From contig NW_004797457.1 in assembly GCF_000002075.1 (NCBI RefSeq), forward strand, positions 733,612 through 797,611: DNA of 64,000 nt, written 5' to 3'. Positions 22,680 to 35,934 of the stretch are shown here, one piece after another. Each line of letters starts with the position of its first letter. Within the stretch, counting starts at the first letter, position 1. The stretch comes from Aplysia californica. Lineage: Eukaryota. Made by a program: the position numbers and the translations under genes. The notes under the pieces were generated by a model. It was not told the DNA's origin, ran no database searches, and saw only the letters and a program-made list of their open reading frames with translations.

Positions 22680-25600
22680 CAGAGAAATAGAAAGGGTGAC
22701 TGCTCGATTGAAATTATGACATTGTTCTTTACTTCAAATCGTGATTCCTCCAACTCCAAAACAGAGGAAAAACGATTGTTCATCGAAAAGACATCCGCAA
22801 TCTTCATTTAGATCTAGATCTAGGCTAGCCGCGAAACTAGATCAAAGATTTATGTCTGCCTAGATCTAGATCTAGACCATAGATCTAGAAGAACCTAGGT
22901 CTACCCTGAGCCAAGAGGGCGCTGAAACTCTCCGAAATCACAAGAGTTCCCCTACCGGGTCTGTATACTTTGTGACTTTGTTCCCGGTTACCGGGTCTGT
23001 ATACACTCCCGTTAAAAAAAGCTATTTCACTTTGTTTTTCTCTTTGATAAATAACTTATTAAGCTCAATTAGCAAAGTATCTGCCCTATTGCCAAGGCAG
23101 TGATCAATTTGGGGTTCGATTCCAGCATACCAAGGAGGTTAAAAGACTCTTTCTAGAAATTGGCAGAATATTTCCTTCACCGAAGACGACTGCCATACAT
23201 TTTTCATACAAAATAGACCAATAAAAACAAGTTCATGTTCATGTTAAAATAATTTATTAACAACACAGGCCTGCAAAAGAAAAAGGCCATGTCCCTGGGA
23301 GAACAGTAAAAGAAAAATTACAAACTAAAAAACAACCCTGCGTACAAGTTTTCACACTACAAACACTCGCACGTCGTACATACAAAGTGGAATTCACTCG
23401 TCTCCTCCTCACTCATTGCCAGTATCTTTTCTCTGTCTCTACCCGTGCATCCTCTGTTGTACCACCTCCCACATTCGCACCCAATCCATCCGTCCAGGTC
23501 CCTGTCACTTGAACAAACAGCACATACACTTTCATCCACATCATTCACACAACACAACTCATCATCCATCTCAAAATCCGACCTGTCATCATACACCACT
23601 CGTGCATCATCATCATCTGAACTCGAACTTTCTTCCACTCTCCTCTTCTTGCCTTTGCCCTTCCCTTTCATTGCTGCCTCCTTCCTCTTCTTTTCCAACC
23701 TTTCTGCTTCCTTTTGTTCTCTCTCCGGGCGCTTTTCCTTTTCCTCTAACTTCTTCAACATCTTTTCCTCCCTCTTCCTCAACATCTCTGCCTTCCTCTC
23801 TTCCTGTGCCCTTTTCTTCGCCGCCACCTCTTTTTCTTTGTTCCTATGGAATTCCTTAAAGGAGACATGTGAAACGTAGGAGGGGGGGCTGTACTGTACT
23901 CGGGGCGCTCTAGATGATTTTCGCCCAGTTATAAACGGGGAGCGGCAGGTTATCGAATGTTGGTTGAGGAACAACTTTGTTCCACAATTCCAAGTACTTG
24001 GTGTACTCTGGTTCGGAGGCTGTCGCGTCATTTCTGAATAGACGACGCCTTATTTGAAACATTTCAACTGGTGACCAACCACAAGCCAGTATGTGGTCAA
24101 TCAACTGGCATGTGTGGAATGCCACGTTCGTGTCTCGGCACCCACATTTGCCAGGGGTTGACATTGGGAACACAAGATGTTGAGGACTTGTGGCTGGGCC
24201 TGCCGAATTATGACTGGTAGAGGTGGAAGGGAAGACGTCAAGGCCAGGCTCATCAGCGGAAGGCAGTGCCCCATTACTGGGGGCCGAGGTGGAAGGGAAG
24301 ACCCCAATGCCAAGCTCATCAGCGGAAGGCAGTGCCACATTACTACTGGGGGCCGAGGTGGAAGGGAAGACCACAAGGCCAGGCTCATCAGCGGAAGGCA
24401 GAGCCACATCACTGGGGGCCGAGGTGGAAGGGTCGCCCATTCCCTCAATGAAGGAACCAGGAGCCACTGAGGTCTTGGCCTAGACTGCGCTTGCCTGGCA
24501 CTTTCGATAATCAAGGTCATTAAAATTGTCATTTCTTGGGGACAATTAAAATGAAAATTAAATTTTAAAACAGTATTAAAATGTCAGCTGAACAGTCGGT
24601 TTGGAAAATTTGAGTCCGAACAGCCATGGGAGGCTATTCAGACTTCAGTCTGAATAGCCACTAAACGAAGTGACTCTTTCTCCGAACACTCGGGAAAATA
24701 AACTTGACCTCTATTCTATTTCTTCGAACGGTTTCCGTTCTCGAGTTTTTTTGTTATTTGCGAGAGTTCGGCGTCATTGTTCATTCTGCCATTCTGCGAG
24801 TAATGGGAAGAAGCATTTTTTGCATCGAGTTCAATTTCTAGAGCGTCTAGCCTAGAGATTTTTAGATGTCTGAATATTCAGATACTTAAATTGTGGTTGG
24901 AGAAACGTTCCCGACCTATACTTCGTTTGAAAATGCCTTCCAAAGGTACTAGGAGAAAACCAAACTGCTCGACTTTGGCAGTAACCTATTTTGCATTTAG
25001 TCACCCCTAAAGCAACACACACTCTCGCGCGCCGGTACTCCATTCGCAAACAACCCAAAAATGTCCAACAGTTATGTTTTTATTTTTATTTGCCTTCCCC
25101 TTCTAGATCTAAAGTAGATTGGTGGTTCTTCAACACTTTATGTAGCAATGCCTATCGTCTGCTGCGCTTGGGGCGGAAATCGGGCTCTGTATGAGAGGTA
25201 ATTTTTGGATCAGAGGTGGCTCGTTTTTAAGTATAGTTACGTGAAAATACGTGGACGATAATGAAACTTTGAAACCCAACTTGAGGAAAGGCCAAACTTA
25301 CTATATGCATGCATCCAATGCCAATAGGTTTCTAGAACAGGAGAAATTGCCATTTTGTTCTACGGTTCAAAAACGTAGAGGAGCTGATGCATGGACGCTG
25401 ACCAGACAGGCACCCCATATGTCTAATCACCTTTATTGCTGTAAAATTTCAGAAACCCGTAGTACATTTACATACCAACTTAAAATTACCACTCATCCAG
25501 CGATAAAAGTCTAAAGCCGGAAAGTGGGTCTCAATTTGAAATAACTCACCAGCTGGCATGTGAAAAGAGCATGATCGCTAGGCGACATGTAGTTTGCTGT

Positions 25601-26582
25601 CTAAAACTTAAGTCACCATTGCCGTTTTTGCGCCCATTGCAGATTTTCCTTTTGTTAACCCTGGTCCTGCTCGCCTGCGTTCTGGTCCGGTGTCAGTCTG
25701 GCCCCTAGCTCAGCGCACGCGCGCCGAGCATCATCTCCCATTTAATTCGGGTCCCGAGTCGGATCCGCATTCACGCAGCTCAAGTGTGTGTGCATCAGTG
25801 TGCTTGAGTTTGTGTGCATTTGTGGCCTTCTTCTAGAACCGCCTGCGTTGGTTCGTGACCGAGGCATACGTCTCATTCAAAACACGCCAAGTTGGTAGCT
25901 GTAGATGTTGGTCCAATGAAATTATATAGAAGAAATTGACCCACTTAGACATGAGGAGCTCGAAAGGGTAGTCAGGAAACAAGTCTTCCATTTTTCTATA
26001 CAAAATCTTTCAAATGAGCTTGATTTTGTATGAAATGATACTACCTGATAAAAACTAAGCTTGTTTGATAATTTTGAATACCATTGTGCAGGTACAAAGA
26101 ACAATTTGAGTGCAAAACATTCGGAAATTGACCTCTGTATTATCCCCTTTGAACCCCAGGTCATTCATAACAAGAGCATCTAGAAAGGTTATTCGAATGG
26201 GCGTAACTACTTTATTGTCTTATCAGCTTATGAGAGGGGGTTATTCATGTGTTTTACTATAAAGTCAGATGGTTATTGTATGTGACTAGTTTGTAGTTCT
26301 ATCACTGACTATGGCAAGATTAAATTAAAAAGCTTAATATGTCTGTTAAGGGAAGTTAACGTCAATATCATAATTAATTATTTAAAGTCAAATCATTGCT
26401 AAGATTGCTGGTTCTCAGCTTGATATGTTGGTTTCGTTGTCAAATATTTAACAGCTGGTCTGAACAGAATGTGATTAACAAATTGCTCCATATATCTGCA
26501 GGGTTCAAGTCATGGACAGTTATTAGTTGATAAATATGGTTTATATATTACATTACATTTTTTTTCATTTTTCTGTTTTTAG

Positions 26583-26884
26583 GATTATCGACAGAATGCC
26601 GAAGCAGCTAAGGCAGCCCTTGATGGGCTACAGAGGAAGGGCAGAATACTCAGAATAAGATTTGCTACCCATGGTGCTGCACTCAAAGTAAAGAATCTCC
26701 ACCCATATGTCTCAAATGAACTTCTTGAACAGTCGTTTTCTCAATTCGGGGATCTGGAGAGATGCATTGTCATTGTGGATGACAGAGGCAAATCCACAGG
26801 AGAAGGCATAGTGGAGTTTGTGAGGAAACCTGGAGCTAATTCAGCCCTCAGAAGAATCAATGAAGGAGTTTTTCTTCTTGGAGT
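26583..26884 (+). CDS. DBHS gene exon 2, copy B (within the duplicated block)
   Basis: Identical to 16308-16609. Confidence 0.85.
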
Positions 26885-27243
26885 GTATGTACTTCTTCAT
26901 ATTTTTTGTACATTGTCTCTTATTATATGTCTTACCATTTTATGCATTCCAATAATTTGTTCCATCAATTTTTTTTGAGGAGTTTTTGTTCGAAGGACCC
27001 TAGAAGTGGCCTTGTACATAAAGATTTTAACATTTAAGTTTTAGATGCAGTGAGATTGGTGACTTTAGTTTTTATTAAGCTCTTTTCAATCTTATTATTG
27101 GATGCTTTTGGGCAAAATTACAGAACTAAGTACAGGGTCTGCGTACCATAGGATCAGTCCTTGTTCTGACATTGTACATGATTAGATAGGAATGTTGATG
27201 TTTTTGATTGCTTCATTCTTGCATAATGATTTCCAATTTCTAG

Positions 27244-27339
27244 AGACCCCAAACCAGTTGCTGTAGAGCCATTGGAACAGAAAGATGAAGAAGATGGCAT
27301 GCCTGAAAAGTTCCTGACCAAGACAGAACAGTACAAAAA
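27244..27339 (+). CDS. DBHS gene exon 3, copy B (within the duplicated block)
   Basis: Identical to 16969-17064. Confidence 0.85.
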
Positions 27340-29169
27340 GTATGAATATTAATATTGTTGTGGTTTAATGATTCAAGGACCAAGTTGATTTTAGGTACAT
27401 GTATCAAATTTCTCTAGGTTTTATATGTTGATCAGAAATGTCTTTAGTTTGCACTTTTTATGAATAATAGTTTGCACTTTTATGAAAAAATTACGAATTT
27501 CCAGAATGGTTTTTGAATGAGAATGAAGCCTGTAAGTCAATTCGAGAGATTTTTTGCTTTAGGTGTAATATCAATAGTTTGAATCTAATGAGTGCCGAAA
27601 AGTGTGCTAAGGGTATGGGGGGGAGGGGTTACTTTGCCAATACCCATCATCCTGACACGTTGGGTGGATAGAGGCTGTTTTTTTTGGGGTTTTTTTGTTG
27701 TTGAAAAGTTGAGGTATTGGTATGCATAACTAAACAGTTAGAAAGTTTTCAATGCTTTTGTGTTTTTAATTTTATATACAGTCGAACCTGCCATGACGGC
27801 CGCTTTCCATTTCGCCCCTTGCGTTTTTTCTATATAATTTCACTGTGTAAAGTGGCCACCATATTTTAACACACAATCCATATCACACCAAACAATAACA
27901 CCTGTCTTAGGTGGCCACCTTAGTGGCTCCATTACGTTTTGTCATGTTAGTCATAAATTATGCATTGGCCCCTGGTGTTCTGTCCGAGCTGTCATATCCA
28001 ATCACCTGTCGTTATTAGGTAGTCCCTCCAACTGATCATGTTGCGTTGACCCCTCCCACTGTTGACCAATAGGTAACAAAATTTGTAGCTGCTGGTGAGG
28101 TAAGCGTGTGATCCCTCATAACCTATAAGCCACGCCCAAAACTCGTACACAAATCGTAAGTGAGATGAGTGGTCACTGTTTACCCCAGTCTGTAACAAAG
28201 TAACAATGGACGTCAACATGAACTTGCAACAGGAGCGTCGCTCGTTCTCCTAGTGGTGGCGACCCATGTGTTCGTTTTAACATGGCACTCGTCTTACTCA
28301 TCTGACAGATATTTAGTTTTTTTGTCACCCTTGTGCAAAATCAGCAATAAAATAAATATAACAAACGAAATACAAACCAAAAACAACAATGCGGCTACTT
28401 TTGGTGGGGACCTCAGAAGGGAATGGTTTGTTTTGTTCATCTTTATCAGTCCTGCCTAAGACAGCAACCTGTCTTATACGGCCACTTTTCTCCTTGACAA
28501 TTGGGGGCCATCTTACACAGGTTCGACTGTACTTTTAAGATTTTTTGGTCATTGTCTAGATTTACATCCTTACTCGGCCCAACATTCTTATTATCACTAA
28601 CACTTGTCGTTGCATGGCAAAAGTTCTGAATCTCAGCTAAAAATTGTTATTATTGCTTCATTGTTCTCTTATGGAATAAACCTTTTTCCCCTTCAGTATT
28701 TTGTAAAGAGGAGGACATCCGTAATGAGCGACCACTATGAGACAGAGTAGAACAGAGGAGTAGGTTTAGGGTAGGGTTAGGTCTCTTCTTTATTGTGTGT
28801 GTTGGGGTGGTCGCTTTTTACGGAAGTCCTTGTAAATAGTTATCCCTGTATTTGTTCGAAAGTATACTTTACTCACCCCCCGGGGCAGTGCCACTGACTG
28901 TAGTGTCTTTAGGCCATTCCCAAAAGGGGGTAATTTCTGGTTCAAGCACAGTAGAATTGTAAATGGGCTGATTCATCATGTGATGCTCATAGCTGCCTAA
29001 TCAACAACATGGAACTGCTGCTTTTTCTTTCCTAATCCATACTATTGTCATTTTCCTCTACTTCTTTTGTATGTTTGTCACACTCTTGTGACCCGCTATT
29101 TCCGGGATGCCTTGATAATCGAAGCAGACCTTGTGCTGTTGAAGCTAGAGAGGTGAGCAGAGTGAGTCT

Positions 29170-29660
29170 GGGGGCTCTCGTGGCCTAGAGATTAAGGTGT
29201 TGGCCTCTCATTCAAAGGTCCCGGGTTCGAATCCGGGTAGCGACCGAAAAATTTCCTTCTCTAAAATTGTCTCCTTTCACCTCCTTTCCTGCTCTCTAGC
29301 AATATTCTGTCGTCTGCTTTTGTCTCCTCTTTCTGCCCCCACCCCCTCATCTCCTTTGCCCCCTCCTCTGGGCTTCTGCACTCTTTCTGCAGCCTTTCTG
29401 CTGCTCCTCCTTGACTCCTTAAAGCTGTCTTTCTGCCACACCCCTAATCTTCTGGTAGGAAAGATCTACACCTAGCCTTCTCGGACAAGGGCGAAAAATC
29501 TCGGAGGGCCCGTGTGCAAGTTGCGCACGTCAAAGATCCCTTGGTAGTCTAAAATCGATAAGAGTGGGCTTCGGCCGCCACCCGAGCAAAATTCAAAATT
29601 TCCTACCAACTAAAAGTATTAGGTGTGTCCCGCGCGCTCATATGACCGTATGCAGTTGAT
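29170..29660 (+). mobile_element. tRNA-derived SINE with a Deu/Nin-like central domain and stem-loop tail (gap-truncated copy at 18895-19233)
   Basis: A box TGGCCTAGAG(G/A)TTAAGG, B box GGTTCGAATCC; core CCTTCTCGGAC...GGGCCCGTGTGC...AAAGATCCC...TAAGAGTGGG...CAAAATTC resembles the Deu/Nin domain from memory; tail GCGCTCATATGACCGTATGCAGTTG. Confidence 0.75.
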
Positions 29661-29778
29661 ATATATAGATATATATATACTCTGATGTATTTTTCTGAAA
29701 GCATTTTAAATTTGGTATATGTATTAGTGCCAGTTATAACAATAGACTTACAAGCTTTGCTATGACTTGCTCAAACAG

Positions 29779-29975
29779 GGAAAGAGAAAAGGAGCCAAGA
29801 TTTGCACCCCCTGGTACTTTTGAATATGAATTTGGCATGCGATGGAAGCAGCTAGAGGAGCTTGAGAAGCAACGCATTGAGCAAATTAAGAAAGACACAG
29901 AAGACGCTAGACTCAAGCTGGAGGATGAGATGCAGAATGCTCTGTATGAGTACCAGGCAGAACAAATTAGACAAG
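29779..29975 (+). CDS. DBHS gene exon 4 (NOPS end, coiled coil)
   Basis: aaacag|GGAAAGA: EREKEPRFAPPGTFEYEFGMRWKQLEELEK...EQIRQ; donor G|GTTTGT; phase 2 to 1. Confidence 0.95.
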
Positions 29976-30213
29976 GTTTGTAGAAAAGTTTTAGATAGTT
30001 TTAGCGCTATTTCTATTGTCAAGGATGCTGATTGAATGCTTTGGTTTATTTGTTGGAAGAAAATGTGTATGATAGCTTACACAATTTTGAATTTTTATTA
30101 TTATTTAAAATGGATCAAAATACTTAATGAATTAATTAAAAATATTTTTAGAGCTTTTTTGGTGCCTGGTGAACCTGCCTCTTTCAGTAATTGCTATCCT
30201 CTCTAAATTACAG

Positions 30214-30301
30214 ATTTAATCAGGCAGCAAGAGGAACTTCGTAGACTTGAGGAGCTGAGGAATGCTGACAGGCTGAGAAGACAAGAACAGCTGGAGATCA
30301 G
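30214..30301 (+). CDS. DBHS gene exon 5 (coiled coil)
   Basis: ttacag|ATTTAATC: DLIRQQEELRRLEELRNADRLRRQEQLEI; donor AG|GTAATT; phase 1 to 2. Confidence 0.95.
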
Positions 30302-30468
30302 GTAATTATTCTTGTACTAATAAAAAATGAATTTTGCTTTTGTTGTGGAAGTTTGCACATTGTTCCTTGAAAGACAAGAGTGTTACTGTTATTTCAAGTG
30401 TATCGCTAATAGATTTGGTTATTGGAAGTTTTGCAAATCATTCCTTGTGGAAGAGTAGTTAATGTGGG

Positions 30469-30646
30469 TGGTTGGCGGGTGCTCTGGTGTGGTTTGCTTC
30501 TTCTTTCCTATCAAACATCTATCGTCCTTATCTTCCCTTCTTTTTTTACATGTTTGTTACTCTCTTGTAACACCTCTAATCTTCTGGCACTTGCATGACC
30601 TTATGCAGTTGCGAGCGCCGTAAAACCTCTGCTATTAAAAAAAAAA
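30469..30646 (+). mobile_element. Short retroposon family C with the shared stem-loop tail and A-rich end
   Basis: GGTTGGCGGGTGCTCTGGTGTGG...ATGACCTTATGCAGTTGCGAGCGCCGTAAAACC; homologues at ~42470-42540, 53790-53950 and 60398-60565. Confidence 0.7.
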
Positions 30647-31044
30647 AGAGTAGGTCATCAGTAGGATTGTAGAGTTTGACTGACAGGACTTCATGTCTTG
30701 CTCCAGGGGAGTGCTCATGTTAATGTTGTAGTTTTCCCTTTACCCAGACCTGAAGGGTCTAGGTAAGAACGCGTAGTAGATTGATTATAGAATTCAATTT
30801 ACCTTTGAGTCAGTCGTTTGTGGTTTTAGACTTGAGCACTTGCTCTTGGCTGTGTTGAAAATATGATTTGTGCGCTGCACTTTTGTGGTATGCTTTGCTC
30901 TATGCTCAATTTAAATTTATAATGATATTTTTTTATTTAGCTTAATTTTTACTTTTGTTAAAAAGTTATTTCATCTTGGCAGCAGACTAAAGCTTGCAAA
31001 TTTTTCATAGTTAAAGATGCTCACATTTTTCACTCTCCCTATAG

Positions 31045-31186
31045 ACGCCAGCAAGATGACCGCGAAAGAGCTCAAGCTGAAGAAAGGCGCAGAGCTGACA
31101 TGATGATGAATATGAGACAACAAGAGATTGCGAGCCGTAGAGGTCCTATTGACCCTCCTTCGATGAGGCAGAGAGAGGAAATGATG
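31045..31186 (+). CDS. DBHS gene exon 6
   Basis: cctatag|ACGCCAG: RQQDDRERAQAEERRRADMMMNMRQQEIASRRGPIDPPSMRQREEMM; donor |GTAATA; phase 2 to 0. Confidence 0.9.
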
Positions 31187-31617
31187 GTAATAATTTTTTG
31201 TCTATATTCAATTATATAAATGACTAAAACACAATCACAACCTAGGCTTTACTTTTTCAAAACTTGCCCTCTAGAAAGAGGACATGTCATTTGATACTGT
31301 TATTGGCATGAAGACTGTCTGTATTATTTTATTGTTTAGTTTTAATAGATTTACTCGGATCTTATGATCTTACTTTTACAGTTGTATATGCTTTCAAAAC
31401 TTTTGTGGAAAGTGGTCAGATGTAATCAAAGTTGGGGGTTAGTTTGACATGAAAATTTTAATTTGGTTTTTAATTGAAAGAAGGCTTTATTGTGAAGGCT
31501 TAAGCGCAGGGTTATGTATTGTTACTGCAGTTGTGAATGAATGGATGATGCTCTGCTATTGTATATCATTGAGTGGGACATTCTATAATGCCTGGGTCTT
31601 CTCTCCGTGTTTTTCAG

Positions 31618-31839
31618 ATGGCTGACCGCTACGGTGACCGCATGGGAGAGCGTATGCCTGAACGCATGGGAGAGCGTATGCCCGAACGTATGGGAGAGCG
31701 TATGCCTGAACGCATGGGAGATCGCATGCAAGAGCGTATGGGAGAACGCATGGGTGATCGCATGCCAGAGAGACACCCAGACCGAATGGGTGGACAGCCT
31801 TCTGGCTTCATGTGGCAGGATGAGAAGGGCCGTGGAGAG
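31618..31839 (+). CDS. DBHS gene exon 7, (D/E)RM(G/P) tetrapeptide repeat
   Basis: ttttcag|ATGGCTGAC ... GAG|GTGAGA; phase 0 to 0; synonymous variation between the 12-nt units. Confidence 0.88.
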
Positions 31840-33245
31840 GTGAGATTTTTAAACAAATTATTGGTTTAAAAGCATATTGACAACTGTTTTGGCACATTCC
31901 ATGTGGGATTCTGTTGCTTCAAATTTGAAAGTGCTGAGTTGAGGGAAGTCTTTACAATGGCGTTGATTTTTTACCCTTTTACTTGAAATTTGTATTATGT
32001 TTTAAAGCTTCCCTCAATATGTCTTCCTTTCAGTAAAAGTAATGGGAGTCAGTGGTGTTATATCCTTTGAAATATCTCAGAACTTAAGGCAACTGAACTA
32101 TTTCAATTGCTAGAGCAGTATTTCTCCACTATCAAAAAGTGTCATAAAGCAAAAAATGTATGAAAATTGGCATGTAGTATTAAGAGCAGTGAAATGTGAA
32201 ATTGTTTAAAGGGAAGGAAGGAAATTCTGATTTTGCTTTGAAACATTTCTAAGTAGCTACTAGTCGTGGATTTTTCTTAGTTACGGTACTTGTAACAGGA
32301 CCAGTAGTAGTGTAGTACAGAAAATCAAGATGGGTCTGTTGGTATTCATTGAAGCAGCCAGGCTGTTTTGGAATATAAACACGTATGTACAATAATTTGT
32401 AATCATATGCAATATTTTTGCCAACAGAGCTCTCTAATATACTTAATAACTGAAACTTGAGGATTCTTGGTTTTCCTCCTGGTACCTCATTCATTTGCAG
32501 CTGCTTTGCAAACCACTCATTTAAAAGACAGTATTACTAAATTTTTGGGTGGAGCAGCTTCTCAACTAGCGTCGAGAGTGTTTTACAGGAATGCAACCTG
32601 GGCATTTTGAAGTGATAATTTTTTAATTGATGAAGCAGATTTTTCTGTTTCTTATTTTTTAGTCAGAAATGTATGTTAATGTTCATCCGCGTACCAAAAA
32701 TCTGGAAAAGATGAGTTGAAGAGCGAAAGAGAATGCAGAAGATAACACTGACATGGAATGTGCCGTTTACTTTTACTTTGTGGTTCTTGTATGGATACTT
32801 TTACAATTTTGTTGACTTTGTGGTGGGACCGATTGACCACTCAGAATAAGAAATGTTAGTTGCGGAAGAGGGTGCTCAAAGATCACCTCAATAAACAGTG
32901 TGCTTATATGGAATTTTATGTTGTATCAACATAATCAGGAAGGGGGAGTAATAATCTATGAACTCTCTCAATAATTTATGAATGCTGACTAAATTTCATA
33001 AACCTTGTTTTGACTGGTTGTCGAATTATATTTCCTCCCATGATTATTATTTGAGTGGTCCATTCCCCCCTTGATTAGAAAAGAACTCTTTGTATAAACC
33101 TTGTCCTGTGTGCATGAAATTTTTTCTGTTGTTCTTAATCATAAATCAAAGGAAAATAGTTGATTCAATTTGAGGCCGTCTATCATGTAGTTCAGCTTAA
33201 AGTGGTCAGCCTCACACGTTTGTGTTTCCCATTGCTGCCCCCCAG

Positions 33246-33428
33246 GGTGGAATGAGAGGTGAGCCCCAGCGCGGTCGAGACATGCGAGGCTCAGGGGCGC
33301 CACCCCTCCAGCCCCCACCTGTTCCTCCGTCAGGGATGGGTGCAATGGAGCGTGGTGGGCCAGCAGCTGTATCAGCTGCAGCTGCTGCTGCCGCTGCTGC
33401 TGCAGCTGTTGTTGCTCAGAATGCTAAG
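33246..33428 (+). CDS. DBHS gene exon 8 (Gly/Pro-rich, 11-Ala tract)
   Basis: cccag|GGTGGAATG ... AAG|GTAATT; phase 0 to 0. Confidence 0.88.
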
Positions 33429-35832
33429 GTAATTAATGTTCTAAATTTTTGTGATCGAAGGAGATTTGTATTTCAGTGAGAAGAAGCATATTCTTTTTGT
33501 TCATGTCAATCTTTATTTTAAAAAATTAACATTCAACATTTTGTGTGTGTACTGGAGTGAATGAGTTGTTATGAAGTTTAGTATGTATAGAATTTGGGGG
33601 ATGCAAATAGACGACTCATGAGATGGAGAAAATAGAATTAACAATTTTTAAATGTCAAAATGTAATTTTTACCTCCAAAAGCTTTTGATGGTGCAAGCTT
33701 TTTAAAAATCGTTTTTGTTATTATTTTGTTTTGTTTTTTTAAATCAACAGCTTTTGCATTTATTAAGTTGCCCATGACTGGTCATCTCCGTGAGATTTTG
33801 AATAAAATCGCTGAGCTCCAAAAGTCATAAGGGATTTTAGGGAAGTCATTGTATTGGTGAGAAACCAGAGCAAATAATAACATTCTCAAAATCATGGAAG
33901 TAATGTTAATCAGTTATTGTTACTACTTATGCTGTGTGCGATATGTATTTATCAAGTGTGAGGGAGACAACAACACCCTCCCCCCCTCCCATTAAAAACT
34001 GAGAGAGACAGTCTGAGGCAATGTTAGAATGGGAGCTGAAATTTTATTTCAATAGAAATTGAAGGGAGCCTCTGTACCAAGTTGAGCACATTTGAGGAAC
34101 ACTAGTTTTGCTATTTAGTGGTTCTTGTACACTCACCTGAAACTGAAATCCTCTTTCTTATTTTGAGATGCACACAAATTCTATTATGAGAGGCCATATA
34201 TTATTTTCATAATTGTGTCTGCTGATATGGCACATGCACACATACATATATGCCCACAATACCTATGTGAGGTTTTCCTGACTCTTGGGTATTTTAATTT
34301 CTTCCCCTGCTTCTTGTCGTTGAGAAGTTTTGGCTTTCTGTTTGTGGTGTTATTGATTATTCTGTAATGTAAGAGGCTTGTTATGTTTTTTCAGGAATTT
34401 TAACTACATATGTCATCTGACTAACAGGAAAAATCCAGTTGTGTAGAATGTCGGTTAAATCATAATTTGATTTGTGTTCTGTGTAAGGAAATAATTTGAT
34501 GTTGCGTCAGAGGTTTTCCTTTAAAAATGGGAATATTTTACTCTAAGCAAAATTTGAAAAGCTTATTAGATCAGTGCTTCCTATCTTCCACATTTTTATG
34601 GAAATCTATACTTTCTGACATTTCCATACTTGCTCCTCAATCGTTATCAACTCCATTCATACAAAAGTGCAATAGTGAAGAGTTACTGAAATTCCGTCGC
34701 AAAGGATCCATACTCGCTTCGTATCGTCTTGTATAAGTTACGGATATTAACAGTAAATCTCTCGGCAAAAATTTGATACAATAGAAACCTGCCAGACTGC
34801 GCATTTTCTGCAATCGGCAACTATCCCAGTGTGCATACATCACGGGTTGGTGGGCAAATACGTTTTTACCAGCAAATTGATCAAGATCTGGCTTGCCATG
34901 ACAGGAAACTTTTTGTGCCAATTTCTTCCTTGCTTTCATTCACCCATTCTGTCTATCTTCGGATTGTTGCTGGGGCTAGAAAATCTATGCATCGATCAAG
35001 TCAATTGACTTGTGATTTTAGTGAGAAAGAAACTTTTCAAATTTTTCTGGACTAAATGCCTTTTTCAACCCTCTTAAAGTTAAGGCACTAAATTTCAATT
35101 TCTCGGGGGGCTTCGCCTCCTGTGCCCCCACCGGGAGACAGTTTTCCTTACTTTTCAGCTTCATCTGTTGGAAGCATTGTTGAGGCTGATGTCTATTAGG
35201 CTGCCTGAATTAATATACTTGTTTTAATTGGGGTCTTGAGGATTATTTGAAGTAAATTGTTAATTTTAAAAGAACATGATTTTCCTGGAATTACATGGTA
35301 GAGACTTGGGGAAAGAAGTCTTGAAGAGTGGAAACTGACAAAGAGCTAACAGGGAAGCAAAATTAAGACAAACAAGAGCCGCAGACAGGGAGATACAGGC
35401 TAAAAAAGGGACACAAAGGTCAACCACATGTCGGTGTGGTCGCTGTGGGTACACTTGCTGAACCTGAGTGCTTCTTTCTTGTAAAACCTAACAAATCCTG
35501 TGGCCCTTGAAGCTGGGTGATACCTAAGGTGAAGCAACCTGTTTTGAAGCAAAGCAGTAGGATGCACTGCTCTGGAGATTTCTGTGAAGGATGAAAGGTG
35601 GATTTGTGATTTTTAAAATTTTTTTTTTGGGTGCTCTCTAAAAGTCTGTTTAGATGTGGCTTTTCTCATTGGGCTGTCAGATTACGAAAAGAATTGTGAT
35701 TATTTTTTATGGGGGGCTTTTTTTTGCTCTTCAGGATAAACTGACAAGGCCTGCAGGAAGGCATCAAGTTTGAGATTATGTTGAACTGAGGGATTTTTTT
35801 AACCCTTCTTTTTTTTTTTCCCCCATTTTCAG

Positions 35833-35934
35833 TCAAGTCCAAAACCTCTGATGCAGTCAGGCTCTGGCTTTGGCGGGCCAGGCAGTGGAGCAGGAGGACC
35901 AAATAATCCCAATGCTGGACCAGATGGCCCCATG
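35833..35934 (+). CDS. DBHS gene exon 9 (SSPKPLMQSGSGFGGPGSGAGGPNNPNAGPDGPM)
   Basis: Long polypyrimidine tract then ttttcag|TCAAGT ... ATG|GTGAGC; 102 nt, phase 0 to 0; absent from the ORF track. Confidence 0.8.

Larger units (their letters stand above)
19334..29508 (+). repeat. 10,175-bp near-identical direct duplicate of 9059-19233 (probable false duplication across a 100-N gap)
   Basis: Constant offset 10,275; substitutions seen at 10130/20405, 15709/25984, 18169/28444, 18916/29191, 19046/29321, 19066/29341; all TE copies and exons 2-3 are repeated. Confidence 0.95.

Noticed and set aside
16308-27339. DBHS protein with a duplicated RRM2/NOPS module, or two paralogous genes
   Set aside because: The exon copies are identical, their combined 398 nt would frameshift, and the duplication abuts a 100-N gap; an artefact is more parsimonious.
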